DNA from: the human T2T-CHM13v2.0 reference genome, Homo sapiens
Length of the DNA stretch: 64,000 nucleotides
Reading direction: 5' to 3' (one strand)
Assembly: GCF_009914755.1 (NCBI RefSeq)
Contig: NC_060927.1
Notes under the pieces: generated by a model
The model's database searches: none
The model's input: the letters and a program-made list of their open reading frames with translations, nothing else
What the model was told of the DNA's origin: nothing
Position numbers and translations under genes: made by a program
In this document: positions 14,520-29,400 of the stretch, piece after piece
Layout of the letters: every line of letters begins with the position of its first letter
How positions within the stretch are numbered: position 1 is the stretch's first letter

Positions 14520-17500
14520 AATATGAAAGTACATCAAATATATATTTTATTCTGTACATAAAATATCAAAGTACACCAGATATATATTCTATAGTGTACA
14601 TAAAATATCAAAGTACCCAAACTATACATTATATACTGTACATAAAATATGAAATTACATCAAATATATATTATATTAGGTAAATGAAATATGAAAGTAC
14701 ATCAAATATAGATTATGTACTGTACATAAAATATGAAAGTACCCCAAATATATATTATATACTCTACATGAAATATCAAAGTTCACAAACTATATATTAT
14801 ATACTGTCCATAAAATATCAAAGTACCCAAGGTATATATTTTATACTGTACAAAAAATATCAAAGTACCCAAAGCATGTATTATATACTATACCTAAAAT
14901 ATGAAAGTACATCAAATATATATTTTATTCTGTACATAAAATATCAAAGTACACCAGATATATATACTATAGTGTACATAAAATATCAAAGTACCCAAAC
15001 TATACATTATACACTGCACATAAAATATGAAATTACATCAAATATATATTAGGTACATAAAATATGAAAGTACATCAAATATAGATTATATACTGTAAAT
15101 ATAATATCAATGTACCCCAAATATATATTTTATACTCTACATGAAATATCAAAGTTCACAAACCATATATTATATACTGTACATAAAATATCAAAGTACC
15201 CAAGGTATATATTCTATACTGTACAAAAAATATCAAAGTACCCAAAGCATGTATTATATACTGTACATAAAATATGAAAGTACATCAAATATATATTTTA
15301 TTCTGTACATAAAATATCAAAGTACACCAGATATATATTCTATAGTGTACATAAAATAACAAAGTACACAAACTATAAATTATATCCTGTACATAAAATA
15401 TGAAATTACATCAAATATATATTAGGTACATAAAATATGAAAGTACATCAAATATAGATTATATACTGTACATTAAGTGCCAAAGTACACCAAATATATA
15501 TTTTATTCTGTACATAAAATATCAAAGTACACCAGATATATATTCTATAGTGTACATAAAATATCAAAGTACCCAAACTATACATTATATACTGTACATA
15601 AAATATGAAATTACAGCAAATATATATTATATTAGGTACATAAAATATGAAAGTACATCAAATATAGATTATATACTCTACATTAAATACCAAAGTACCC
15701 CAAATATATATTTTATACTGTACATGAAATATCAAAGTTCACAAACTATATATTATGTACTGTACATAAAATATCAATGTACCCAAGGTATATATTCTAT
15801 ACTGCACAAAAAATATCAAAGTACCCAAAGCATGTATTATATACTGTATATAAAATATGAAAGTACATCAAATATATATTTTATTCTGTACATAAAATAT
15901 CAAAGTACACCAGATATATATTCTATAGTGTACATAAAATATCAAAGTACCCAAACTATACATTATATACTGTACATAAAATATGAAATTACATCAAATA
16001 TATATTATATTAGGTACATAAAATACGAAAGTACATCAAATATAGATTATATACTGTACATAAAATATGAAAGTACCCCAATATATATTATATACTCTAC
16101 ATGAAATATCAAAGTTCACAAACTATATATTATGTACTGTACATAAAATATCAAACTACCCAAGGTATATATTCTATACTGTACAAAAAATATCAAAGTA
16201 CCCAAAGCATGTATTATATAATGTACATAAAATATGAAAGTACATCAAATATATATTTTATTCTGTACATAAAATATCAAAGAACACCAGATATATATTC
16301 TATAGTGTACATAAAATATCAAAGTACCCAAACTATACATTATATACTGTACATAAAATATGAAATTACCTCAAATATATATTATATTAGGTACATAAAA
16401 TATGAAAGTACATCAAATATAGATTATATACTGTAAATATAATATCAATGTACCCCAAATATATATTTTATACTCTACATGAAATATCAAAGTTCACAAA
16501 CCATATATTATATACTGTACATAAAATATCAAAGTACCCAAGGTATATATTCTATACTGTACAAAAAATATCAAAGTACCCAAAGCATGTATTATATACT
16601 GTACATAAAATATGAAAGTACATCAAATATATATTTTATTCTGTACATAAAATATCAAAGTACACCAGATATATATTCTATAGTGTACATAAAATATCAA
16701 AGTACCCAAACTATACATTATATACTGTACATAAAATATGAAATTACATCAAATATATATTATATTAGGTACATAAAATATGAAAGTACATCAAATATAG
16801 ATTATATACTGTAAATATAATATCAATGTACCCCAAATATATATTTTATACTCTACATGAAATATCAAAGTTCACAAACCATATATTATATACTGTACAT
16901 AAAATATCAAAGTACCCAAGGTATATATTCTATACTGTACAAAAAATATCAAAGTACCCAAAGCATGTATTATATACTATACCTAAAATATGAAAGTACA
17001 TCAAATATATATTTTATTCTGTACATAAAATATCAAAGTACACCAGATATATATTCTACAGTGTACATAAAATATCAAAGTACCCAAACTATACATTATA
17101 TACTGTACATAAAATATGAAATTACATGAAATATATATTATATTAGGTACATAAAATACGAAAGTACATCAAATATAGATTATATACTGTACATAAAATA
17201 TCAAAGTACCCCAATATATATTATATACTGTACATGAAATATCAAAGTTCACAAACTATATATTATGTACTGTACATAAAATATCAAAGTACCCAAGGTA
17301 TATATTCTATACTGTACAAAAAATATCAAAGTACCCAAAGCATGTATTATATAATGTACATAAAATATGAAAGTACATCAAATATATATTTTATTCTGTA
17401 CATAAAATATCAAAGTACACCAGATATATATTCTATAGCGTACATAAAATATCAAAGTACACAAACTATACATTATATACTGTACATAAAATATGAAATT

Positions 17501-20500
17501 ACATCAAATATATATTATATTAGGTAAATGAAATATGAAAGTACATCAAATATAGATTATATACTGTACATAAAATATGAAAGTACCCCAAATATATATT
17601 ATATACTCTACATGAAATATCAAAGTTCACAAACTATATATTATATACTGTACATAAAATATCAAAGTACCCAAGGTATATATTCTATACTGTACAAAAA
17701 ATATCAAAGTATCCAAAGCATGTATTATATACTGTATATAAAATATGAAAGTACATCAAATATATATTTTATTCTGTACATAAAATATCAAAGTACACCA
17801 GATATATATTCTATAGCGTACATAAAATATCAAAGTACACAAACTGTACATTATATACTGTACATAAAATATGAAATTACATCAAATATATATTATATTA
17901 GGTACATAAAATATGAAAGTACATCAAATATAGATTATATACTGTAAATATAATATCAATGTACCCGAAATATATATTTTATTCTCTACATGAAATATCA
18001 AAGTTCACAAACCATATATTATATACTGTACATAAAATATCAAAGTACCCAAGGTATATATTCTAAACTGTACAAAAAATATCAAAGTACCCAAAGCATG
18101 TATTATATACTGTATATATAAAATATGAAAGTACATCAAATATATATTTTATTCTGTACATAAAATATCAAAGTACACCAGATATATATTCTATAGTGTA
18201 CATAAAATATCAAAGTACCCAAACTATACATTATATACTGTACATAAAATATGAAATTACATCAAATATATATTATATTAGGTAAATGAAATATGAAAGT
18301 ACATCAAATATAGATTATATACTGTACATAAAATATGAAAGTACCCCAAATATATATTATATACTCTACATGAAATATCAAAGTTCACAAACTATATATT
18401 ATATACTGTCCATAAAATATCAAAGTACCCAAGGTATATATTTTATACTGTACAAAAAATATCAAAGTACCCAAAGCATGTATTATATACTATACCTAAA
18501 ATATGAAAGTACATCAAATATATATTTTATTCTGTACATAAAATATCAAAGTACACCAGATATATATACTATAGTGTACATAAAATATCAAAGTACCCAA
18601 ACTATACATTATACACTGCACATAAAATATGAAATTACATCAAATATATATTAGGTACATAAAATATGAAAGTACATCAAATATAGATTATATACTGTAA
18701 ATATAATATCAATGTACCCCAAATATATATTTTATACTCTACATGAAATATCAAAGTTCACAAACCATATATTATATACTGTACATAAAATATCAAAGTA
18801 CCCAAGGTATATATTCTATACTGTACAAAAAATATCAAAGTACCCAAAGCATGTATTATATACTGTACATAAAATATGAAAGTACATCAAATATATATTT
18901 TATTCTGTACATAAAATATCAAAGTACACCAGATATATATTCTATAGTGTACATAAAATAACAAAGTACACAAACTATAAATTATATCCTGTACATAAAA
19001 TATGAAATTACATCAAATATATATTAGGTACATAAAATATGAAAGTACATCAAATATAGATTATATACTGTACATTAACTGCCAAAGTACACCAAATATA
19101 TATTTTATTCTGTACATAAAATATCAAAGTACACCAGATATATATTCTATAGTGTACATAAAATATCAAAGTACCCAAACTATACATTATATACTGTACA
19201 TAAAATATGAAATTACAGCAAATATATATTATATTAGGTACATAAAATATGAAAGTACATCAAATATAGATTATATACTCTACATTAAATACCAAAGTAC
19301 CCCAAATATATATTTTATACTGTACATGAAATATCAAAGTTCACAAACTATATATTATATACTGTACATAAAATATCAATGTACCCAAGGTATATATTCT
19401 ATACTGCACAAAAAATATCAAAGTACCCAAAGCATGTATTATATACTGTATATAAAATATGAAAGTACATCAAATATATATTTTATTCTGTACATAAAAT
19501 ATCAAAGTACACCAGATATATATTCTATAGTGTACATAAAATATCAAAGTACCCAAACTATACATTATATACTGTACATAAAATATGAAATTACATCAAA
19601 TATATATTATATTAGGTACATAAAATACGAAAGTACATCAAATATAGATTATATACTGTACATAAAATATGAAAGTACCCCAATATATATTATATACTCT
19701 ACATGAAATATCAAAGTTCACAAACTATATATTATGTACTGTACATAAAATATCAAACTACCCAAGGTATATATTCTATACTGTACAAAAAATATCAAAG
19801 TACCCAAAGCATGTATTATATAATGTACATAAAATATGAAAGTACATCAAATATATATTTTATTCTGTACATAAAATATCAAAGAACACCAGATATATAT
19901 TCTATAGTGTACATAAAATATCAAAGTACCCAAACTATACATTATATACTGTACATAAAATATGAAATTACCTCAAATATATATTATATTAGGTACATAA
20001 AATATGAAAGTACATCAAATATAGATTATATACTGTAAATATAATATCAATGTACCCCAAATATATATTTTATACTCTACATGAAATATCAAAGTTCACA
20101 AACCATATATTATATACTGTACATAAAATATCAAAGTACCCAAGGTATATATTCTATACTGTACAAAAAATATCAAAGTACCCAAAGCATGTATTATATA
20201 CTGTACATAAAATATGAAAGTACATCAAATATATATTTTATTCTGTACATAAAATATCAAAGTACACCAGATATATATTCTATAGTGTACATAAAATATC
20301 AAAGTACCCAAACTATACATTATATACTGTACATAAAATATGAAATTACATCAAATATATATTATATTAGGTACATAAAATATGAAAGTACATCAAATAT
20401 AGATTATATACTGTAAATATAATATCAATGTACCCCAAATATATATTTTATACTCTACATGAAATATCAAAGTTCACAAACCATATATTATATACTGTAC

Positions 20501-21418
20501 ATAAAATATCAAAGTACCCAAGGTATATATTCTATACTGTACAAAAAATATCAAAGTACCCAAAGCATGTATTATATACTATACCTAAAATATGAAAGTA
20601 CATCAAATATATATTTTATTCTGTACATAAAATATCAAAGTACACCAGATATATATTCTACAGTGTACATAAAATATCAAAGTACCCAAACTATACATTA
20701 TATACTGTACATAAAATATGAAATTACATCAAATATATATTATATTAGGTACATAAAATACGAAAGTACATCAAATATAGATTATATACTGTACATAAAA
20801 TATCAAAGTACCCCAATATATATTATATACTGTACATGAAATATCAAAGTTCACAAACTATATATTATGTACTGTACATAAAATATCAAAGTACCCAAGG
20901 TATATATTCTATACTGTACAAAAAATATCAAAGTACCCAAAGCATGTATTATATAATGTACATAAAATATGAAAGTACATCAAATATATATTTTATTCTG
21001 TACATAAAATATCAAAGTACACCAGATATATATTCTATAGCGTACATAAAATATCAAAGTACACAAACTATACATTATATACTGTACATAAAATATGAAA
21101 TTACATCAAATATATATTATATTAGGTAAATGAAATATGAAAGTACATCAAATATAGATTATATACTGTACATAAAATATGAAAGTACCCCAAATATATA
21201 TTATATACTCTACATGAAATATCAAAGTTCACAAACTATATATTATATACTGTACATAAAATATCAAAGTACCCAAGGTATATATTCTATACTGTACAAA
21301 AAATATCAAAGTATCCAAAGCATGTATTATATACTGTATATAAAATATGAAAGTACATCAAATATATATTTTATTCTGTACATAAAATATCAAAGTACAC
21401 CAGATATATATTCTATAG
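14520..21418 (+). repeat. ~3.6-kb super-repeat in tandem (offset 3602)
   Basis: ORF pairs 14684/18286, 15141/18743, 15400/19002, 16101/19703, 16479/20081, 16857/20459, 17234/20836 and 17528/21130. Marker TTACCTC at 16370 and 19972. Boundaries approximate. Confidence 0.82.
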
Positions 21419-23434
21419 TGTACATAAAATATCAAAGTACCCAAACTATACATTATATACTGTACATAAAATATGAAATTACAGCAAATATATATTATAT
21501 TAGGTACATAAAATATGAAAGTACATCAAATATAGATTATATACTCTACATTAAATACCAAAGTACCCCAAATATATATTTTATACTGTACATGAAATAT
21601 CAAAGTTCACAAACTATATATTATATACTGTACATAAAATATCAATGTACCCAAGGTATATATTCTATACTGCACAAAAAATATCAAAGTACCCAAAGCA
21701 TGTATTATATACTGTATATAAAATATGAAAGTACATCAAATATATATTTTATTCTGTACATAAAATATCAAAGTACACCAGATATATATTCTATAGTGTA
21801 CATAAAATATCAAAGTACCCAAACTATACATTATATACTGTACATAAAATATGAAATTACATCAAATATATATTATATTAGGTACATTAAATACGAAAGT
21901 ACATCAAATATAGATTATATACTGTACATAAAATATGAAAGTACCCCAATATATATTATATACTCTACATGAAATATCAAAGTTCACAAACTATATATTA
22001 TGTACTGTACATAAAATATCAAACTACCCAAGGTATATATTCTATACTGTACAAAAAATATCAAAGTACCCAAAGCATGTATTATATAATGTACATAAAA
22101 TATGAAAGTACATCAAATATATATTTTATTCTGTACATAAAATATCAAAGAACACCAGATATATATTCTATAGTGTACATAAAATATCAAAGTACCCAAA
22201 CTATACATTATATACTGTACATAAAATATGAAATTACAGCAAATATATATTATATTAGGTACATAAAATATGAAAGTACATCAAATATAGATTATATACT
22301 GTACATTAAATACCAAAGTACCCCAAATATATATTTTATACTGTACATGAAATATCAAAGTTCACAAACTATATATTATATACTGTACATAAAATATCAA
22401 TGTACCCAAGGTATATATTCTATACTGCACAAAAAATATCAAAATACCCAAAGCATGTATTATATACTGTATATAAAATATGAAAGTACATCAAATATAT
22501 ATTTTATTCTGTACATAAAATATCAAAGTACACCAGATATATATTCTATAGTGTACATAAAATAACAAAGTACACAAACTATAAATTATATCCTGTACAT
22601 AAAATATGAAATTACATCAAATATATATTAGGTACATAAAATATGAAAGTACATCAAATATAGATTATATACTGTACATTAAGTACCAAAGTACACCAAA
22701 TATATATTTTATTCTGTACATAAAATATCAAAGTACACCAGATATATATTCTATAGTGTACATAAAATATCAAAGTACCCAAACTATACATTATATACTG
22801 TACATAAAATATGAAATTACATCAAATATATATTATATTAGGTAAATGAAATATGAAAGTACATCAAATATAGATTATATACTGTACATAAAATATGAAA
22901 GTACCCCAAATATATATTATATACTCTACATGAAATATCAAAGTTCACAAACTATATATTATATACTGTACATAAAATATCAAAGTACCCAAGGTATATA
23001 TTCTATACTGTACAAAAAATATCAAAGTATCCAAAGCATGTATTATATACTGTATATAAAATATGAAAGTACATCAAATATATATTTTATTCTGTACATA
23101 AAATATCAAAGTACACCAGATATATATTCTATAGTGTACATAAAATATCAAAGTACCCAAACTATACATTATATACTGTACATAAAATATGAAATTACAT
23201 CAAATATATATTATATTAGGTAAATGAAATATGAAAGTACATCAAATATAGATTATATACTGTACATAAAATATGAAAGTACCCCAAATATATATTATAT
23301 ACTCTACATGAAATATCAAAGTTCACAAACTATATATTATATACTGTCCATAAAATATCAAAGTACCCAAGGTATATATTTTATACTGTACAAAAAATAT
23401 CAAAGTACCCAAAGCATGTATTATATACTATACC

Positions 23435-26400
23435 TAAAATATGAAAGTACATCAAATATATATTTTATTCTCTACATAAAATATCAAAGTACACCAGATA
23501 TATATTCTACAGTGTATATAAAATATCAAAGTACCCAAACTATACATTATATACTGTACATAAAATATGAAATTACATCAAATATATATTATATTAGGTA
23601 CATAAAATATGAAAGTACATGAAGTATAGATTATATACTGTACATAAAATATCAAAGTACCCCAAATTTATATTATATACTATACATGAAATATCAAAGT
23701 TCACAAACTATATATTATATACTGTACATAAAATATCAAAGTACCCAAGGTATATATTCTATAGTGTACAAAAAATATCAAAGTACCCAAAGCATGTATT
23801 ATATACCGTACGTAAAATATAAAATTACATCAAATATATATTTTATTCTGTACATAAAATATCAAAGTACACCAGATATATATACTATAGTGTACATAAA
23901 ATATCAAAGTACCCAAACTATACATTATACACTGCACATAAAATATGAAATTACATCAAATATATATTAGGTACATAAAATATGAAAGTACATCAAATAT
24001 AGATTATATACTGTAAATATAATATCAATGTACCCCAAATATATATTTTATACTCTACATGAAATATCAAAGTTCACAAACCATATATTATATACTGTAC
24101 ATAAAATATCAAAGTACCCAAGGTATATATTCTATACTGTACAAAAAATATCAAAGTACCCAATGCATGTATTATATACTGTACATAAAATATGAAAGTA
24201 CATCAAATATATATTTTATTCTGTACATAAAATATCAAAGTACACCAGATATATATTCTATAGTGTACATAAAATAACAAAGTACACAAACTATAAATTA
24301 TATCCTGTACATAAAATATGAAATTACATCAAATATATATTAGGTACATAAAATATGAAAGTACATCAAATATAGATTATATACTGTACATTAAGTACCA
24401 AAGTACACCAAATATATATTTTATTCTGTACATAAAATATCAAAGTACACCAGATATATATTCTATAGTGTACATAAAATATCAAAGTACCCAAACTATA
24501 CATTATATACTGTACATAAAATATGAAATTACAGCAAATATATATTATATTAGGTACATAAAATATGAAAGTACATCAAATATAGATTATATACTCTACA
24601 TTAAATACCAAAGTACCCCAAATATATATTTTATACTGTACATGAAATATCAAAGTTCACAAACTATATATTATATACTGTACATAAAATATCAATGTAC
24701 CCAAGGTATATATTCTATACTGCACAAAAAATATCAAAGTACCCAAAGCATGTATTATATACTGTATATAAAATATGAAAGTACATCAAATATATATTTT
24801 ATTCTGTACATAAAATATCAAAGTACACCAGATATATATTCTATAGTGTACATAAAATATCAAAGTACCCAAACTATACATTATATACTGTACATAAAAT
24901 ATGAAATTACATCAAATATATATTATATTAGGTACATAAAATACGAAAGTACATCAAATATAGATTATATACTGTACATAAAATATGAAAGTACCCCAAT
25001 ATATATTATATACTCTACATGAAATATCAAAGTTCACAAACTATATATTATGTACTGTACATAAAATATCAAACTACCCAAGGTATATATTCTATACTGT
25101 ACAAAAAATATCAAAGTACCCAAAGCATGTATTATATAATGTACATAAAATATGAAAGTACATCAAATATATATTTTATTCTGTACATAAAATATCAAAG
25201 AACACCAGATATATATTCTATAGTGTACATAAAATATCAAAGTACCCAAACTATACATTATATACTGTACATAAAATATGAAATTACAGCAAATATATAT
25301 TATATTAGGTACATAAAATATGAAAGTACATCAAATATAGATTATATACTGTACATTAAATACCAAAGTACCCCAAATATATATTTTATACTGTACATGA
25401 AATATCAAAGTTCACAAACTATATATTATATACTGTACATAAAATATCAATGTACCCAAGGTATATATTCTATACTGCACAAAAAATATCAAAGTACCCA
25501 AAGCATGTATTATATACTGTATATAAAATATGAAAGTACATCAAATATATATTTTATTCTGTACATAAAATATCAAAGTACACCAGATATATATTCTATA
25601 GTGTACATAAAATATCAAAGTACCCAAACTATACATTATATACTGTACATAAAATATGAAATTACATGAAATATATATTATATTAGGTACATAAAATACG
25701 AAAGTACATCAAATATAGATTATATACTGTACATAAAATATCAAAGTACCCCAATATATATTATATACTGTACATGAAATATCAAAGTTCACAAACTATA
25801 TATTATGTACTGTACATAAAATATCAAAGTACCCAAGGTATATATTCTATACTGTACAAAAAATATCAAAGTACCCAAAGCATGTATTATATAATGTACA
25901 TAAAATATGAAAGTACATCAAATATATATTTTATTCTGTACATAAAATATCAAAGAACACCAGATATATATTCTATAGTGTACATAAAATATCAAAGTAC
26001 CCAAACTATACATTATATACTGTACATAAAATATGAAATTACATCATATATATATTAGGTACATAAAATATGAAAGCACATCAAATATATATTTTATTCT
26101 GTACATAAAATATCAAAGTACACCAGATATATATTCTATAGTGTACATAAAATAACAAAGTACACAAACTATAAATTATATACTGTACATAAAATATGAA
26201 ATTACATCAAATATATATTAGGTACATAAAATATGAAAGTACATCAAATATAGATTATATACTGTACATATAATATCAATGTACCCGAAATATATATTTT
26301 ATACTCTACATGAAATATCAAAGTTCACAAACCATATATTGTATACTGCACATAAAATATCAAAATACCCAAGGTATATATTCTATACTGTACAAAAAAT

Positions 26401-29400
26401 ATCAAAGTACCCAAAGCAGGTATTATATACTGTACATAAAATATGAAAGTACATCAAATATATATTTTATTCTGTACATAAAATATCAAAGTACACCAGA
26501 TATATATTCTATAGCGTACATAAAATATCAAAGTACACAAACTATACATTATATACTGTACATAAAATATGAAATTACATCAAATATATATTATATTAGG
26601 TACATAAAACATGAAAGTACATCAAATATAGATTATATACTGTAAATATAATATCAATGTACCCCAAATATATATTTTATACTCTACATGAAATATCAAA
26701 GTTCACAAACCATATATTATATACTGTACATAAAATATCAAAGTACCCAAGGTATATATTCTATACTGTACAAAAAATATCAAAGTACCCAAAGCATGTA
26801 TTATATACTGTACATAAAATATGAAAGTACATCAAATATATATTTTATTCTGTACATAAAATATCAAAGTACACCAGATATATATTCTATAGTGTACATA
26901 AAATATCAAAGTACCCAAACTATACATTATACACTGTACATAAAATATGAAATTACATTAAATATATATTATATTAGGTAAATGAAATATGAAAGTACAT
27001 CAAATATAGATTATATACTGTACATAAAATATGAAACTACCCCAAATATATATTATATACTCTACATGAAATATCAAAGTTCACAAACTATATATTATAT
27101 ACTGTCCATAAAATATCAAAGTACCCAAGGTATATATTTTATACTGTACAAAAAATATCAAAGTACCCAAAGCATGTATTATATACTATACCTAAAATAT
27201 GAAAGTACATCAAATATATATGTTTTATTCTGTACATAAAATATCAAAGTACACCAGATATATATTCTACAGTGTATATAAAATATCAAAGTACCCAAAC
27301 TATACATTATATACTGTACATAAAATATGAAATTACATCAAATATATATTATATTAGGTACATAAAATATGAAAGTACATGAAGTATAGATTATATACTG
27401 TACATAAAATATCAAAGTACCCCAAATTTATATTATATACTATACATGAAATATCAAAGTTCACAAACTATATATTATATACTGTACATAAAATATCAAA
27501 GTACCCAAGGTATATATTCTATAGTGTACAAAAAATATCAAAGTACCCAAAGCATGTATTATATACCGTACGTAAAATATAAAATTACATCAAATATATA
27601 TTTTATTCTGTACATAAAATATCAAAGTACACCAGATATATATACTATAGTGTACATAAAATATCAAAGTACCCAAACTATACATTATACACTGCACATA
27701 AAATATGAAATTACATCAAATATATATTAGGTACATAAAATATGAAAGTACATCAAATATAGATTATATACTTTAAATATAATATCAATGTACCCCAAAT
27801 ATATATTTTATACTCTACATGAAATATCAAAGTTCACAAACCATATATTATATACTGTACATAAAATATCAAAGTACCCAAGGTATATATTCTATACTGT
27901 ACAAAAAATATCAAAGTACCCAAAGCATGTATTATATACTGTACATAAAATATGAAAGTACATCAAATATATATTTTATTCTGTACATAAAATATCAAAG
28001 TACACCAGATATATATTCTATAGTGTACATAAAATATCAAAGTACCCAAACTATACATTATATACTGTACATAAAATATGAAATTACATCAAATATATAT
28101 TATATTAGGTACATGAAATTTGAAAGTACATCAAATATAGATTATATACTGTACATAAAATATGAAAGTACCCCAAATATATATTATATACTCTACATGA
28201 AATATCAAAGTTCACAAACTATATATTATATACTGTCCATAAAATATCAAAGTACCCAAGGTATATATTCTATACTGTACAAAAAATATCAAAGTATCCA
28301 AAGCATGTATTATATACTGTATATAAAATATGAAAGTACATCAAATATATATTTTATTCTGTACATAAAATATCAAAGTACACCAGATATATATTCTATA
28401 GTGTACATAAAATATCAAAGTACCCAAACTATACATTATATACTGTACATAAAATATGAAATTACAGCAAATATATATTATATTAGGTACATAAAATATG
28501 AAAGTACATCAAATATAGATTATATACTGTACATTAAATACCAAAGTACCCCAAATATATATTTTATACTGTACATGAAATATCAAAGTTCACAAACTAT
28601 ATATTATATACTGTACATAAAATATCAATGTACCCAAGGTATATATTCTATACTGCACAAAAAATATCAAAGTACCCAAAGCATGTATTATATACTGTAT
28701 ATAAAATATGAAAGTACATCAAATATATATTTTATTCTGTACATAAAATATCAAAGTACACCAGATATATATTCTATAGTGTACATAAAATATCAAAGTA
28801 CCCAAACTATACATTATATACTGTACATAAAATATGAAATTACATCAAATATATATTATATTAGGTACATAAAATACGAAAGTACATCAAATATAGATTA
28901 TATACTGTACATAAAATATCAAAGTACCCCAATATATATTATATACTGTACATGAAATATCAAAGTTCACAAACTATATATTATGTACTGTACATAAAAT
29001 ATCAAAGTACCCAAGGTATATATTCTATACTGTACAAAAAATATCAAAGTACCCAAAGCATGTATTATATAATGTACATAAAATATGAAAGTACATCAAA
29101 TATATATTTTATTCTCTACATAAAATATCAAAGTACACCAGATATATATTCTACAGTGTATATAAAATATCAAAGTACCCAAACTATACATTATATACTG
29201 TACATAAAATATGAAATTACATCAAATATATATTATATTAGGTACATAAAATATGAAAGTACATGAAGTATAGATTATATACTGTACATAAAATATCAAA
29301 GTACCCCAAATTTATATTATATACTATACATGAAATATCAAAGTTCACAAACTATATATTATATACTGTACATAAAATATCAAAGTACCCAAGGTATATA

